A stretch of DNA of 64,000 nucleotides from contig NC_068984.1 of assembly GCF_001194135.2 (NCBI RefSeq), positions 54,195,543-54,259,542 on the forward strand, read 5' to 3'. Below are positions 63,176 through 64,000 of the stretch, one piece after another (position 1 is the first letter of the stretch; each line of letters starts with the position of its first letter). This DNA comes from Octopus bimaculoides. Taxonomy: Eukaryota. The notes beneath the pieces were generated by a model, which was not told the DNA's origin, did not search any database, and saw nothing but the letters and a program-made list of their open reading frames with translations. Both the position numbers and the translations under genes were made by a program.

Positions 63176-63667
63176 ATGAATTGTTTATGAATTGAAGAAA
63201 AGTCAATAAACAGAAAGTATTTGTCGTAAAACAGATAAAAAAAGAAAATCATAAGAAAATAAAATCATAACATTTCTACGAAATAAATGTCCCTCCCTAC
63301 ATGTTACACATTGCAGTTTGTATAAAATAATATGAAAATATCATTCTAAGAATGACAGCTTGTCAATGTAAATCTTTTGATTTATATATATGGTACACGG
63401 AACTAGTTAAGAAGGCCGTCTGATAAAGCGATTGGATGGGCTCATCCTTTTACTAGTTTTGCCCCTATTAATAACCAGGATTGGGTTGGGTACTTCCTTG
63501 TAGCAAAAGAAAATGATCAAATAACTGACATAACTGACATAAAAATAAGCACTGAGGTCGATTTGATCAAGTTAATCAATGAAGCCGGTGTTACAGCATG
63601 ACTACTGCTCAATGACTAAAATAAGTCCAAGAGTAAAATGTGTATGAGTATGAAAGAAAGAAAGAAA

Positions 63668-63703
<36 letters not shown>

Positions 63704-63723
63704 TTGTGTTTGTACCGGGTAAG

Positions 63724-64000
63724 GGATCTTTTTTAAAACGGGGCCACATTTTTCATTAACGAAACACTTTGAAACTTGGAACACTGGTAGAATGTGTCAT
63801 ATAAAACATCTTTTTCTCTTAGTCTTCTTAAAAAAAAAAAGAAATCCATAAATTATTCCATGTTAAAGTTGTCGTATTTCTGTAATTTCAACCAATCACT
63901 GACGTCCATTCAGCCAATATACATTAAGTGCCGACTACATAAACAAACGATTCTGAAACAATTAACCCTAACCCTAACCCTAAGGTTAGGGTTAGAGTTA
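63724..64000. mobile_element. Second copy of the telomeric-core MITE, cut by the window end
   Basis: Near-identical to 60375-60651, including TIR and telomeric core. Confidence 0.92.

Overview
AT-rich, microsatellite- and repeat-dense animal genomic DNA with 10 assembly gaps. The repeat landscape resembles a cephalopod (octopus) assembly; this is an inference. The only host coding sequence I can support is two small + strand exons (24043-24174 and 42094-42232) of an SLC4-family Na+-coupled bicarbonate transporter N-terminus. They splice in frame across a ~17.9 kb intron, so much of the window is probably intron of that gene. The rest is mobile DNA: several tRNA-derived SINE families (many with clean TSDs), RTE, CR1-like and R4/Dong LINE fragments, two mariner relics, hAT-type MITEs, a TIR element with a palindromic telomeric-repeat core, and Penelope-like (PLE) RT and GIY-YIG fragments. 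The most interesting signal is a short non-coding element joining a tRNA-derived Pol III head to a minimal hammerhead ribozyme (three copies, one with an intact core). Its copies show inverted-end arrangements typical of Penelope elements, suggesting a ribozyme-bearing SINE mobilised by PLE machinery. Two further, different hammerhead-like motifs occur at ~36.2 kb and ~44.2 kb. Almost all ORFs in the supplied track are microsatellite, gap or repeat artefacts. SINE family letters (A, A2, B, C, E, F) are local labels.
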